Source of the DNA: Octopus vulgaris
Lineage: Eukaryota
Reading direction: 5' to 3'
Assembly (NCBI GenBank): GCA_951406725.2
Contig: OX597834.1
Coordinates: 10,044,001 to 10,108,000 of the forward strand
DNA: 64,000 nt
Positions within the stretch are counted from its first letter, which is position 1. Each line of letters opens with the position of its first letter. The translations under genes were made by a program, and so were the position numbers. This document shows, piece by piece, positions 38,115 to 52,687 of the stretch. A model generated the notes under the pieces. It had not been told where the DNA came from. It was given only the letters and a program-made list of their open reading frames with translations, and did no database searches.

Positions 38115-38177
38115 CGTACATATATATATACATATATATATACGTACATATATATATACATACATATATACATATAT

Positions 38178-38208
<31 letters not shown>

Positions 38209-38313
38209 CATATATATATACATATATATACATACATACATATATATATATATACATATATATATACATATATATACATACATACATATATATATATATA
38301 CATATATATATAC

Positions 38314-38346
<33 letters not shown>

Positions 38347-38660
38347 CAGACATATATACATATATACATACATATATATACATATATATACATACATACA
38401 TACATATCTATATGGATACAGATATATGCAATTATGTATGTATATGTATATATAAATATATACATATATATGTGTGTGTGTATGTATTATTTAACAAGTA
38501 TATGTAAATATATACATACATATGTGTGTGTGTATGTATTATTTAACAAGTATATGTAAATATAAACATATATGTGTGTGTTGTGTGTGTGTATGTATTT
38601 ATGTATGTATTACTTAACAAGTATATGTAAATATATACATATCTATGTGTGGGTGTGTGG
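37498..38660. repeat. ~1.1-kb (CATA)n/(TA)n microsatellite ending in three TTAACAAGTATATGTAAATATA-containing units
   Basis: Direct reading. Confidence 0.96.
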
Positions 38661-39646
38661 ATGATATACGTACATGTTTATTCACATATCATTGTGAATA
38701 ATACGCGCTTATTGGAGTTTCTATGTTCTGTATGTGTATATTGTGAAGGGGGCGAGTAGATCGTGAAAGGAAGAAAATAGGATGCTGTATAGATATTCAC
38801 CTAAGTCAATATATGTTACATTAATATAGCTTTGAGAATCCATATGATGAGAAAACACTCTGTAAACCAAATATTTACACACATACGAAATACCACTTTC
38901 CTCATTTGAAAAGATTGAATACAATATAACGTTTCAAAATTTATATATTTTATCTTAATTTTCACTTAACTCCTTCTAAACTCAGAACAGTTTTTAGAAA
39001 AGAGCCGTTGAAATATTTCATCAATTCTTCAAAATGTCAGCCATGTTTGTTAGCACTTTGTGTTCATTAAGTTGATAGATATTCAATAACATAAGCGAAT
39101 TAGATGAGGAATGGACGACTGAGGATGACCAGGTTCCCGCAAAAGGATTATACATTCAGATTTCGTCCGTAATCCATCAATTACCAATTGTATACATATC
39201 AAGTTTGTTATCACATTCTACTTACCAATAATTGATGAGACAAACAATAGTTGTGGTTTGACTACTTCCAGGCATCCTTGACCAAATAGTTGTATAACCA
39301 ATGGGATTTTGGCAATGGCAATCATTTCTTTATTTACGACATCGTCCATCCGACTATCTAAAACCTCCTAAGACCATCACGTGTGGTTCTATACTTGAAC
39401 TTATTGCTATATTGCAAACTGACAAAGAGTTGCATGACGAAATTTTACAGAAGTAAAAGAGATTAGCTATCGTCTGGATGTAAGTTTAAGCCATCTGACA
39501 ATCTAAAAATCAAACTACCACCTTCCTTCCTCCCTCTTTCTTTTTATCTATATAACTCTCTGTATATGTATACCTCTCTCTATATGTGTGTGTGTGTGTT
39601 TATAATGTATATGTCTGGTATATTTATAACAAATGGACATGGATTA

Positions 39647-39803
39647 TAGGAGTGGCTGTATGGTAAGAAGTTTCCTTCCTAACCACATGGTTCCGGGTTC
39701 AGTCCCACTGCGTGACAATTTTAGCAGGTGTTTTCTACTACAGCATCAGGCGGACCAAAGCCTTGTGATTGGATTTGGCAGACGGAAACTGCAAGAAGCC
39801 TGC

Positions 39804-39805
<2 letters not shown>
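39647..39805 (+). mobile_element. SINE family B head
   Basis: AGGAGTGGCTGTATGGTAAG...AACCACATGGTTCCGGGTTCAGTCCCACTGCGTG...GGCAGACGGAAACTG. Confidence 0.88.
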
Positions 39806-39851
<46 letters not shown>

Positions 39852-39904
39852 CACACACACACAGTACTTATATACGTATGTATGTATGTTTGTATGTATA
39901 TAAA

Positions 39905-39978
39905 ACCATGTAGCAACACCAAATGGCGGTGCCCCAGCATGGCCACAGCTCGTGAGCTGAAACTAGAATCAATCAATA
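39905..39978 (+). mobile_element. Isolated LINE-type 3' tail
   Basis: GGCGGTGCCCCAGCATGGCCACAGCTCGTGAGCTGAAAC matches the 3' UTR of the LINE at 57920-58269. Confidence 0.65.
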
Positions 39979-40120
39979 TGTATATCAAAACAGGAGATTG
40001 GGAAATATGTTTGACATTATTTATTCACGATTTACACGTGTTTCTTTTGCTAATAGGGGTTACAAAATTCTGCTCTACTTGAACACATCTAGGATTATGA
40101 CACTATCAACATAATACCCT

Positions 40121-40168
<48 letters not shown>

Positions 40169-41122
40169 TAGAGAGAGAGAGAGATGCGCTTATATGTTTA
40201 GGCTTGCACACAATTCCAATGCAGCAGGCTGCAATTTAAGAAAGATTTGATGCAAAGTCAAACAGATCGACGCCCCACATAGAATTTTTTTTTTCTCTCT
40301 TTCGGCTTGAAGAAATTATTCTAATATACTGAAGCAAGTCAATCGAATCGGCTATACGCACTAAATTACAAAATACTGGCAGTATGTTTGTTTGTCTTCA
40401 AAATCGATATTTAAAAATTATAAAAATCTAAATTGTTTTGACGTTTGCTCACGTTGCATACAGTATAAACTGACATATTTTATAACATTCATTAATATGA
40501 AACGAAAATAAATTATGTCTCCCCTCGTTAATCAAATTCTCGACAGATGTCTTACAATAAATGTGTAAATAAACAGTAAACGAAAAAATGAGAGCTGCAC
40601 AACTCGTAGAACAAGAAATCAATGCAGAAAACTGCTAGATATGTGGTATATTTTAAAATAATATTCGTTTGCGTTTAGATAGGTTAGCATTCAATAATTG
40701 CGTTTGCATACAGCATCACAGATTTTTTCTAGTAAACTGCTTAAATGGGAAAATGTTTGACTAACATGCACTCCCATATACATACGTATATATGCACGCA
40801 CATATATATTTGCGTACACCCATGCATATATACTTAGTTATACTTAGATATATACACATGTATATCGACGCATAAAAAAAATATCTGCACAATTCTACGC
40901 AGACATGCATATATATAGAGATATCGAGAGGGGGAGTGAGAGAGATGGATGGAGGGAGAGAGAGAGAGAGAGACAGACAGACAGAGACATGAAAACTCTT
41001 TTGCAAAATACGAAATCAATATACGAAATTGCTCTGAGCCAATTTATGCCAAAAGAGTCACATATATAAGTATATTATAATAGTATTAGACGCCTACATT
41101 AGCTAATACACAAGCACAAATC

Positions 41123-41168
41123 ATATATATATGAATAAATAAATAAATATATATATATACATACATAC

Positions 41169-41199
<31 letters not shown>

Positions 41200-41508
41200 C
41201 ATACATATATATACATATATATATATATACATACATATATATATACAAATATATATATACATACATATATATATACAAATATATATATACATACATATAT
41301 ATATACAAATATATATATACATACATACATATATACACATACATATATATATACATACATACATATATATATATATACACACATATATATATATACACAC
41401 ACATACATATATATATACATATATATATACATACATATATACATACATATATACATACATATATATATACATACATATATATATATATACATACATATAT
41501 ATATATAC

Positions 41509-41557
<49 letters not shown>

Positions 41558-41750
41558 CATACATATATATATACATACATATATATATATACATATATAT
41601 ATATATACACATATATATATACATATATATATATATATACATACATATATATATACATACATATATATATATACATACATATATATATATATATATATAC
41701 ATACATACATACATATACATACATATATATATTGTATGTATATATATATA
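41123..41750. repeat. (CATA)n/(TA)n microsatellite
   Basis: Direct reading. Confidence 0.96.
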
Positions 41751-42765
41751 TTGTAGAAGTAGGACCGCCATACTGTCACGGGCCGAATTTGTTCCGTCCC
41801 TAAGCGTACGATGTTAATTTCCTGCCATTCTACAATCCGACCTCTATAACCAAATTACGAACCCAATGGGATGTAATCTTGGCAGTTTGAGATTCACAAG
41901 AGAGAGATTACTTGTTGTGACTGTTCTAAATTTTAAGTCTGGATGAAAAGACATATAACAGTGCTTTTTGCGCGGTTCTATCGATGCTTTAGCATGCGCG
42001 ACTACTGGTCTTAGTGGAAAACCTTTCCATGAGTGGATTCACTGTATTACGAAGTAGACAGAAGAATGCCTGCATGATTAATAGTTTTCCTTTGCAATCA
42101 CAACGAATAACTGTCATGAATAAGAGTAACGAGATGATTAATAACTTGCGATTGGAATTTGATAGATTCAAACTGTGTGGGAGTTCCTCGAGTTTTAAAT
42201 CTCCGTAAATGCGTCTACGCTTTTCTCTGTTGCCGTTTATGTTAACACCAGCCACAAATGCGATACTATTTCTATGGTTTCTTTCGGATGTTAAGTAACT
42301 CGGTGGTTCAAGAAGCAGAGACCATGGACTAATTACAAGACTGAATTTTATGATTAATTTGTTGAGGGTAGTGCTCCAGCACGACGGCATTCTAATCATT
42401 GACACCTGTGGTAGAACAAATAAAATATTTCAAATATATACCTGTAATGAAAACTTGTGTACACGAGTATTTGTACATAAATATTTAGCGTCAATACCAG
42501 AGATAATTTTTTCTACACTAGGCCCAAGGCCCCAAATTTTGGTGCAGGAGGCAAGCCGATTAGATCGACCCAGTACATAACTGGTACTTAATTATCGCTT
42601 CTGCGTTCACGGTGTCATTAGGTGAATAATTCTCTGGTAAGTCGAAACCTGTTGATGAAACTCAACAACTTTTAATTAGAGACTGACTCGACCAATATAT
42701 GTGTGTGTGTGTGTGTGTGTGTATGCGTGCATGCGTGTGTGTGTGTGTGTGTACACTTTTATATA

Positions 42766-43139
42766 TGTTAAGTTAATTTTTTGGTTCAAAAAGCCAAACG
42801 CAAGGACATGTAGGGGGGCATGGAGTTATGTACAGGGAGGGTGTTCATGCAAAGAGTTCAGGCCATTTCTTTGAACCAAGCGGTCGTCGGCATCTTCACT
42901 ATCTCGTCCGGCAGCTTATTCCACGGATCCGCAACCCGGACGGAAAAAGCCCCTCTCCTTCGATTGAGATGAAATCGTCGCAGATAGAGCTTTTCCGAAT
43001 GACCCCGCAGCCGACGCTCTGGAGCAGGGGTGAAGAACAGATCTTTCGAAAGGTTGCACTTTCCGCTTATGATGTTATGAGCAAGAATGAGATGACCACG
43101 GTGTCGTCGTTTTTCTAGAGAATAAAGGTCGAGCTTAAG
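42766..43139 (-). mobile_element. CR1-like LINE, 5'-truncated: ORF2 C-terminus plus 3' UTR
   Basis: LDLYSLEKRRHRGHLI...RGHSEKL...RRGAFSVRVADPWNKLPDEIV...FK matches the CR1/L2-group ORF2 C-terminal pattern (L.SLE.RR.RGDLI, RGH..KL, FS.RV...WN.LP). Confidence 0.9.
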
Positions 43140-43874
43140 ACCATGTATACACAAACACGTATATTCTTCTTTGAAGGAGAGAAAATTCTCTTTATTTTTT
43201 GCGCTTTCAATGTATTATATTGAACAAAATGGTTACGCGGTACGCGTTCCTCATTTTCTCAGTTATCTGACCCACCATGAAAAAGATTGGTGATCTCTGG
43301 GTTAAACCAATCAACATAGCTACAGTAGAAAATACTTTCTCTTGATGAAGCAGAAGAGAAATACTAACCAATTCGACCGTGCCCGTACCATATATCACGG
43401 TAAAATTTCTTCTACTAGTGAGCCATCAAACCGATGACCGATTAGTTGTGGACATTTGTGCCTCTTCCTCCTCCTACACACACACCCCACTGCGAAATTT
43501 ACGAATCACCAAAACTTGGGGAACTTCACAGTTGCATTTCATCATATACCTGATATGTGGAGACGAAAAATATTAGGAATTTTTTTGCGAACTACCTCTA
43601 CAATTCAATGCTGAGAGATTGGATTTTTTGTTATCCACGGCCTGTACATCGCTTGAAATTAAATCATGGCGAATTGTTACAGCAATCTTCAGATATATTG
43701 TTAACAAATCTCTGAAATTATTTCATACACATATGGCCTTATACACTCCCACAAAGAGAAAATTCGATAGCAAGCTAATGGCATACACTCTCATATAAAT
43801 ACATATATACATACATACACACACCCATATATATATATATATATATACACGTACATCGATGTGTGAATAAATAA

Positions 43875-43916
<42 letters not shown>

Positions 43917-43939
43917 GTACGTCTATGTGTGAATAAATA

Positions 43940-43984
<45 letters not shown>

Positions 43985-45804
43985 TGTCTGCGTGTGTAGG
44001 CGATGTATAAGTGTGGTCGCGTGTGTGATACGTACTCACACAAATACCATTATAATATTTATCATGAATTGCATCTCAAAATTTAAGATTAATTCCAGTC
44101 GCCAATGGCCTAGATAATATTAAATATTAAAATATTTGATAATATATTTAAAATGATAAACCTCCGACTTCCTTTCTACTATCTCCAGCTCGCGAAACCG
44201 AACAAAAATGAATATAAAAATAATATATCAACAACAATGTCTGACCAGTCGCTTTCACATTTTTTATCGTTGATTTTTCTTAAATTTTCATTTTTTTAAA
44301 AAATCTTTTAATTATTTACCCTACACATCGTATCTCATCAAATATCAGATAAACTAGATTGCACCGTGTTAATTTAACAAAACACAATTTCAATTGAAAA
44401 GCGTGCCATTATTTTCACAATACTAATAAATGTCTGTTGGACGTTAGGTTGATTAATGCTTAATTGAAAATTTTTCTCTTATTGATTTTTGTATTTTAAT
44501 TTGCATTATTTTTTATTTATTGTTTTAGATTTCAATTCCTTGCCAGAATTCAAAAATAATTTTTTTTCACATATGTGTCATCAGTTTCAACCCTGTATGT
44601 CCTATACTGTCTGGAAGTAGATAGAATGTTCGCGAACACTTTCGCATTCTCTTGATTTTTTTGTTTTTTTTTTTTTGTTTTTGTTTTTTTTGCGTTTCTG
44701 TCCAGTTCCTTACAACGTCTTATTTCACAGTTTCGCTTCATACACATACTGTTGTAAATGTACTTTTAATTACTGCGAACAAACTATTTTATAATAAACA
44801 AAAACCCATCTATTTTTTGTTCAAGTTAATTGTGTGTGTATGTGGGTGTGTGTGTGTGCGTATGTATGTATGAATGAATGTATGTATATGCATGTGTGTA
44901 TATCGTCCTCGGTATGATTTTACAGTGCATCATGTAGTAGGACTCTTACTCAGGAGCAGAAGCCCCTGTTCGGCTCTCAGTTATTGGTTAACTAGCGTAT
45001 GTGATGATATTCCATCTCATAACAAGGATTCAGAAATCCTGTTGGTTGTGTCGGGCACCCAGAAAACCACAGGGTATGTAGAACACCTAGCTCCTGTGAG
45101 AAGATCCTTCTCAGAGAAGGACACTCTTATGTAAGACCTGTTTCACGCGATTTCTGGTCCTTTCATTTCGGCTTCTCTCTATATACAGTTCACAGAGTAT
45201 CTGAGTGTTGTACTTCCGGTCTAGAAGCTTATATCGTTATAAGCCAATGCCGCACAGGTGTCGCTCTGTCGATGTCATTTGTCAATGCATTCACTGAAAG
45301 TTCGATGTAGCACTGGAGAAATGGTGACGTGTGCAGACCTAACCTACAGAAAAAGACACATGCCAAAGAGTAACACAGGAGAACTGAAGCAGGAACCAGG
45401 TAGTTGGGAAACTAGCTTCATATCACACACAGCCACTACTCATGGATTCTTCATGAGGACAATATAATTTTGGAAAGTATGGTGTGAATTAATATCAAAC
45501 GGACTACATGTTTCTTACACTTTGGTAATTTCATAATTCGGGTAACTTTACATAAGATACTTTTGAGCAACCTGTATTCCGGTGGCTTTAATTCTATGCA
45601 AATAATTTTTACAGACAGACAGAGATAGACAGAGAAAATATTTTACAAAATCTGAAATCACGATAGCAAATTGCTCTGAGCAAATTTATGCCGAAAGTCA
45701 CATAAGTATATTATGATAGTACTAAACGCCTACTCATGCTAACACACAAGCACAAATCATAAACACACACACATATACATATATATATATATATGGTTGG
45801 ATGT

Positions 45805-45918
45805 AAGGCGGTGAGCTGTCAGAAAAGTACTTAGCGGTATTTTGTCTGTTTTTACGTTCTTAGATCAAATTCCGCCGAGGTTGTGGCTTCGATAAATTAA
45901 GTACCAGTTACGTACTGG
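45805..45918 (+). mobile_element. SINE family A, deleted copy
   Basis: AAGGCGGTGAGCTGTCAGAAA...TCAAATTCCGCCGAGG...AAGTACCAGTTACG. Confidence 0.85.
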
Positions 45919-46661
45919 ATCCCTGGAATATGTAACACACTGCCTAAATACCAATCTTGAGAAATTAGCTTTCTCAAAATCAGTAAGGGGAAAGCTGAGT
46001 CAAAGACTACAAATCCAATCCATCACTGGAACTGTAAAAAAATTCTGAAACTTTCCAGCTTATCATTTAAATATACATGAGCATATCTATATATGTAACT
46101 ATATGCATGACAATAGATACATAATGCAAAACATACAAATCTGCGCGTACGCACACACACACACATTATATATATATATATATATACACACATACAAACA
46201 AAAATACCCTAGTGTTGATGTTGAAATTCCAATGAAGGGGTCTTAGATCTAGGTTAGAAACCGGCTCTTTTTCTATTGTCAAGAAATCTTGGAACAAAAC
46301 TGAACAATGACATACATACATATATGTGTGTGTGTGTGTATGTGAGTATGACAGATATATATTTTTTTATCTCGTTAAACAGAGAAGCAATTTCTAACGG
46401 TTCAAAAATAACTGTACGTTAAACCTAATTTAGGAAAGCGGCGAGGTTTTTCCCTTTCGTAAGCAATATGTAACAACCCAGTTGCTGTCGTATAGTTAGA
46501 TCGGTGTTTTTCCCCCTTGTCCTTTTTTTTTTTAATTTCTTATCTTTATATCGAGGTCAGCTTTAATATATTTTCAATCAAGTAGTAGATTACAGATATA
46601 ACTTAATAACTTCGGGTCTACAGTAACGTAAAGCCGTCGAAAAAAAATGACTAGTGCTATG

Positions 46662-47277
46662 TTATAAAGTTCGCAAAGGTAGCGTGTTGGTAGAATCATT
46701 AGCGCGACGTTCGCCTGTCTTTACGTTCTGAGTTCAAATACCACCGAGCTCGGCTTTGCCTTTCATCTTTTCGAGCTGTGTACCAAGGTCGATGTAATGG
46801 ACTTACCCCCAACTCGAACTTGCTGGCCTAATACCATAATTTGAAACCAATATATTATAAAGTTCGCAAAAGTGGCGGTGTTGGCAGAATCATTAGAGCC
46901 ACGGGCAAAATGCCTGTCTTTACGTTCTGAGTTCTAATTCCGCCTATCTGGGCTTTGCCTTTCATCTTTTCCAGCTGAGTACCAAGGTCGATGTAATGGA
47001 CTTACCCCCAGTTCGAACTTGCTGGCCTAATACCATAATTTTAAACCAATATATTATAAAGTTCGCAAAGGTGGCGTGTTGGCAGAATCATTAGCGCGAC
47101 GGACAAAATGCTTAACGGCATTTCGCCTGTCTTTACGTTCTGAGTTCAAATACCACCGAGCTCAGCTTTGCCTTTCATCTTTTCGAGCTGAGTACCAAGG
47201 GCGATGTAATGGACTTACACCCCAGCTCGAACTTGCAGGCCTAAATACCAAAATTTGAAACCAACATATCATAAAGT
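46662..47277 (+). mobile_element. Tandem triplication of a family A SINE plus flank
   Basis: TTATAAAGTTCGCAAA starts at 46662, 46855 and 47054; each unit has SINE head, B-box and GAACTTGC(T/A)GGCCTAA tail. Confidence 0.92.
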
Positions 47278-48334
47278 GCCTTTTCTGTTCGAATAGTCAA
47301 GAAATAATTTTATGTTTTAATGCAGGTGATAATTGATGTTGTTTACACCAAGATCAAGTTTCTTAAAACGATGTTTTGATGAAAGGCGTTATATCCATAA
47401 ACAACTGGCAACATTACTCCTTTATTTTTTTTTCAATCAGAAATCGTTAACATTGTGAAATAAAACATATTCTTCTTTTTAAAAAGAATAGAGTGTAATT
47501 CAAAAGAGAGTTTTCTGTTATTCTGCACTGATTTATCAATATTAATGCCATAGCGATACGCTTGTTTACTCTCAGAGTACTATCACAATTAAGTGTCAAT
47601 ATTTTTGGGAAAAACATTAACACTAATCAAATCGTGAAATCATTTTCGCCAGGTATTGTCCCTGGAAATCAATATTAAATATTGTAATGCTCTCTGTGGT
47701 ATCTCCGACACATCACCTTTATTTATTTTTTTTTTTTTTGCCGTTTTTACCAAAGAAATTAAAAGGACAGCCTGATGACAAGGAGAAGCTGGGAATTCAA
47801 AATATCCTCTTTGAATGTGACATTAATCAAAAGAAATCCATCGATAAAATATAATGAAGTAACAAAACGTGTCGTTAATGTTTTTCATTGTTAAATGTAT
47901 TATAAAGAAGAAGAAAAAAGAATTCAAGTGACAGATTTGTTTGATGTCGATCGGAATCTCATTTTAAGACGCTCTCAAACATTATGCGAGTAGCTCCTCT
48001 CAATGCTTCAAAAATCATTGATTTCATATAATCTGCACAAGCCATTCGCTAGATACACGAAGATGAACATAACATATACACACACAAACATACAAATATA
48101 CATATACACATACACTCTCGCACACATACACACACAAATATATATATATATATATGTATATATACATTCACGCACACTCACACAAAATGTTCCATGTGAA
48201 CAGGTGTATGTTATACAGGTGATAGAATTATCTCACTGAAATTACTCTACACAATTCGTTTAGCATTTTTTAGTAGAATGCTAGTGCTTGCATCTGAATG
48301 CACTCACAAACTATAGATACATGAAATATACATG

Positions 48335-48390
<56 letters not shown>

Positions 48391-48399
48391 AGAGAGAGA

Positions 48400-48595
48400 G
48401 AGAGTTTACGAAAAAAACAAAAGACGAAGTCAGGTGGTGTAGAAAACGAACAGATGTATTAGTATAACGCTCATGAATAGAAAAAGTATTTTACGTTTCG
48501 AGCCTACGCTCTTTTACAGAAAGGGACATAGAAAAAACAAGGGGAGAAGCAAGGAGAGAAAAAAATGTGTGTAGTGGCTAAGGATCTATCATGGC
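48400..48595 (-). mobile_element. PLE-like fragment (family G) with decayed hammerhead-like motif at 48488-48523
   Basis: Homologous to 18873-19096; minus strand CTTT-CTGTAAA-A-GAGC-GTAG-GCTC-GAA-ACGT-A-AAA. Confidence 0.68.
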
Positions 48596-49036
48596 ATATA
48601 TATACAGATGCAGATATGTGCGTGTGTAGGTATGTGCTTGTGATGATAATGTGGGTGTAAGCAAAAACATTATACGGATTTTTTTTTTACGACGTAAGTT
48701 TACAAAATGTTGTCATCATATTATCTTATGAAATTCTAGTTAATTATAAAATATACTACATCAAATCAGCGATGGATCCGTCTCACCGGAGCAGGAACAT
48801 CTGCCGCTCATTAATTTTATGGGTATATTAAGAAGTTCGCCATTGCCTTTTGCCGGAGCCACAGAAATGTATGTATAACACGCATATCCCTTGTTATGTA
48901 CTAAGATAGATATGAGTACTAAAGCCTAGAAAAACAAAGATATAATTGTGTGTGTGTGTGTATGTGTGTGCTCGCACGTACGTATGTGTATAGATAGCTA
49001 TGCTTTAATTCCTTATTACTATTATTGAACGAAATT

Positions 49037-49215
49037 AAGGCAAGCAGTTGGCAGAATCGCTAACACGTCGGACAAAATATTTAGAAGCGTTTCTTCTGAC
49101 TCGTTACGTTCAGCGTTCAAATACCGCTAAAGTACAAGTTGACCACTGAAGTTGATGCAATAGACTTCCCCTTCCCTGGAACTTGCTGACCTTGTGCTAA
49201 ACATTAGAAAGAATT
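49037..49215 (+). mobile_element. SINE family A, diverged
   Basis: AAGGCAAGCAGTTGGCAGAATCG...CGTTCAAATACCGC...CCTTGTGCTAAACATTAGAAAG. Confidence 0.78.
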
Positions 49216-49810
49216 ATGAAATGCCTATTCATGTATGAATTTGTTGAAAACATAGGCGACAACCTTATTACACTATTATTTATTATGATATTTATTATAT
49301 AACAGAAGGTTGCTATGCTTTTCAGGAGTTTATAACGAGTTTATAACGAAAGTGCTTGATGCATATTCATGTAAATGAGTAGAGAGGAAATTCAATATTT
49401 GTACGTGTATTTAATTTTATTTTTATTCTGTTTTTGCTGCTCGAGAGAATAAGCAAGGAAATATGTATTTTACAGATATCTATATAATTTAAAATATTTA
49501 ACTACCGTGAAAGCAATAACAACTCATATTTTATAACTTATGCATGATTTCAGAAACACAACCGTCAAAAAATAATTAAATTGAAAGCCTATTTGATTAT
49601 CTCTTAATTTGTTTTGTTTTTTTTTTTTCATCCTTTATTTCCCTTATTTTTCTCGGGGTAAAAGAGAAAGGAAAATAAAAGAAACAAAACAAGTACATAA
49701 AATTTGGTAAATCAGAGCTTCACAAACATGGAGCATAGCAGCATTCAAGCAAGAGCAGTATATATATATATAGAAATATATATATGTATATATATATATG
49801 TATATATACA

Positions 49811-49938
49811 TATGTCTGTATATGGATCTATGAACTATGTTTATATGTATCTGTATTTATATATATATATATATATATATATAGATAGATATACACGTAT
49901 GTCTGTATATGGATGTATGAACTGTTTATATGTATCTG

Positions 49939-49970
<32 letters not shown>

Positions 49971-50025
49971 GATAGATATACACGTATGTCTGTATATGGA
50001 TGTATGAACTATGTTTATATGTATA
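49811..50025. repeat. 87-bp minisatellite, about 2.5 copies
   Basis: TATGTCTGTATATGGAT at 49811, 49898 and 49985. Confidence 0.9.
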
Positions 50026-50145
50026 TATGCATATATATATGTATATGTTTACACATGTATATATAAATATATGTACATAGATATATATATATATATACAT
50101 ATACACACACACACAAGCAACAGTTTCGTATTGTTTTATATATTC

Positions 50146-50186
<41 letters not shown>

Positions 50187-50796
50187 TTTTACGTTGTTTT
50201 CCACTCACAACCAAATCGAGATCCATAAATAATTTAAGTTATCACCCCTTTCCTTGAACTTACACAATATGAGTTCCTAATTACTCCTATGTATCAAATT
50301 CATTTATAATATCTGCCAGGTATTTCCTGCTAATTAGCAGGAAATATACTTTTAACGAGCACACAAAAATTTCAAAGATAAATATTGATTTTTATGTTTG
50401 TTTCGTCTTTTCTACATATTTATTTATTTATTCATCTTTTTCTTTGTATTTCTTTTCATTAATTTTCAAGAAAGTTCTACGCTACGATAATAGCTGTTGT
50501 ATTTCTTCGTAAAGGGCCATTGAATTTAATTTTAAGACGGAAAATTAAATAAATACACAAAATCATTGCGAACATTATGTTTAAAAAAAAAGAATAATGG
50601 ACAACTTTGAGTTACATCAAATGTTATAATTAAGAGAGAAAAAGGCGGAGAACTGTATCGCTGTAAAACATAAGATTAATTTCATAAATTTATTCTAGAT
50701 TTTTATGCTAATTATGGATCGACATTATTCTTTGAAAGCAGAACTCACTTGAAGAATGAGCATGTTCCATTGTTACAATTATTCTATGCTTTTTAG

Positions 50797-51180
50797 ATGG
50801 CAAGTTGCTAACAGCATTTTTAGCAAGTTGGGCAAAAATGCTTGGCATCATTTGTTCTCACTCTTTACGTTCTGAATTTAAAACATGGCTGAAGTCAGGT
50901 CTGCTTTTCACCCTTTCGAGATCGATGAAATAAATAACAATCGGACATTTGGTTTATATGATCGATCAGTCACGCTCCACAAAATTTCAGCCGTTGTATA
51001 AATCCTAGAAAGTATTATTATTGTTAGCTGTAACTGCAAAGTTAACGAGATGGTAATATCGCTAACGTGTCAGACAAACATCTTTAGCGGTATATTTTCC
51101 AGTTCTTTAGATTTTGACGTGAAATACTGCCGAGTTCAACTTAGCTTTTATATTGTTGGGATCGATCTGATAAAGCAATA
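50797..51180 (+). mobile_element. Two old family A SINE relics
   Basis: CTTTACGTTCTGAATTTA...TTTCACCCTTTCGAGATCGAT; a second unit with TGCCGAGTTCAACTTAGC. Confidence 0.6.
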
Positions 51181-51751
51181 ATAAATAGGAGTGGCTGTGT
51201 GGTAAGTATTTTAATGAGCATTGGATCCCTTGGGGCCCTATGTCTATAGTATGCAATGTATCCTTTGTCACTATTCAGGAACGTAGGGGAAATTGGCTCC
51301 TCTTCCTGGTAGTTTACGTAACCTCAGTAAGGCGGTATAGTGATTTATAGGATCTTGTGCCAAACAGCATATTATAATGAACAGTAATGAATCGTGTGTA
51401 ACGCATAAACGAAATTATATATATGAAGATGTTTTTATCTCACCCATGATGAGCGAATAGCATTTGTGTGTTTGACTCAATAACTAAATTTAGTTCAATA
51501 TTTTCATATTTAATATTAACAGTCTGTTTTTTCGTCCATTTTAATTAATTAGTGTTTTATTAATTAATTTTTACGTGTCCTTAGGCCAGGAGACATGCGA
51601 ACCATTAGTCATTCTCGGATGGTGAGCAACATCAATTATGTTAGTTGCTACACTACATAGAACAAATGGAATTTTTAAAAAAAACATCCGTAAATTCAAT
51701 CACATTTAAAGACTAATTGGAAACACACAAGTGCATTTCCGCACACAACCC

Positions 51752-52262
51752 CATACCTACATACATACACGCATACACACATACAAACATACATACGTAC
51801 ATACATACATACGTACATACGTACATTCATACATACATACACACATACAAACATACATACGTACATTCATACATACATACACACATACAAACACACACAC
51901 ATACATACACACATACATACATACATACATACATACATACATGAGTACATTCATACATACATAAATACATAAATACATAAATACATACATACATACATAC
52001 ATACATACATGCATGCATGCATGCATGCATGCATGCATGCATACATACATACATACATACATACATACATACATACATACATGCATGCATACATGCATAC
52101 ATGCATACATGCGTACATGCATGCATACATGCATACATGCATACATGCATACATGCGTACATGCATGCATGCATGCATACATGCATACATGCGTACATAC
52201 GTACATACGTACATACGTACATTCATACATGAGTACATTCATACATACATACATGCAGGCAG
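51752..52262. repeat. (CATA)n/(CATG)n composite microsatellite
   Basis: Direct reading; (CATG)n run at ~52008-52042 is self-complementary. Confidence 0.95.
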
Positions 52263-52320
52263 GCAGAGAGAAAGCTACATAAACAACCATATATCTCCCT
52301 TTCCTATATATATATGTATA

Positions 52321-52500
52321 TTTAATAATATCAGGGTAATAAAGGTTTTAGTAATTTTTACTACCAGTGGCCTAGCGTATAAAAAATTTGTCAATAGACT
52401 ATATATTATTCCCATAAAATACAGTGGTTTTGACTTTAACTGTTCCTTCTAGCGTAAGAGAGTCCTATGAAGGACACCTGATGTGTTTAAATGTAGGCTG
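52321..52500 (-). mobile_element. Family H-like fragment between (TA)n tracts
   Basis: ACCAGTGGCCTAGCGTATAAAAAA resembles the shared terminus of 35461-35742 and 60240-60387. Confidence 0.4.
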
Positions 52501-52553
<53 letters not shown>

Positions 52554-52687
52554 AATAGTAAAGAGAGATGACAAAGAAATAAGTGATTGTCTTTATTACC
52601 GCTCTATGCTCAGCCAAAATTTCGTTCTGAAATATATGTATATTGAGCTCTACGTCGGTTTATTGATCTCGCGAAGCCTAAACGAAC

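Noticed and set aside
37399-38559. Long ORFs of 260-354 aa rich in Y/I/H/T/M/C/V
   Set aside because: Translations of (TA)n/(CATA)n microsatellite, open in nearly all frames; the same applies at 14.1, 16.2, 33.8, 41.1, 51.8 and 58.7 kb.
39218-39350. Minus-strand 43-codon ORF (MDDVVNKEMIAIAKIPL...) overlapping a GGTAAG donor-like site
   Set aside because: Short, no recognisable homology and no partner exons; would need RNA-seq.
41774-42000. TGTCACGG as a possible LTR start
   Set aside because: No second LTR, PBS, PPT or TSD found.
46228-46272. CCAATGA...GAAACCGG hammerhead-like 3' half
   Set aside because: Core lacks U4/G5 and I cannot form stem I.
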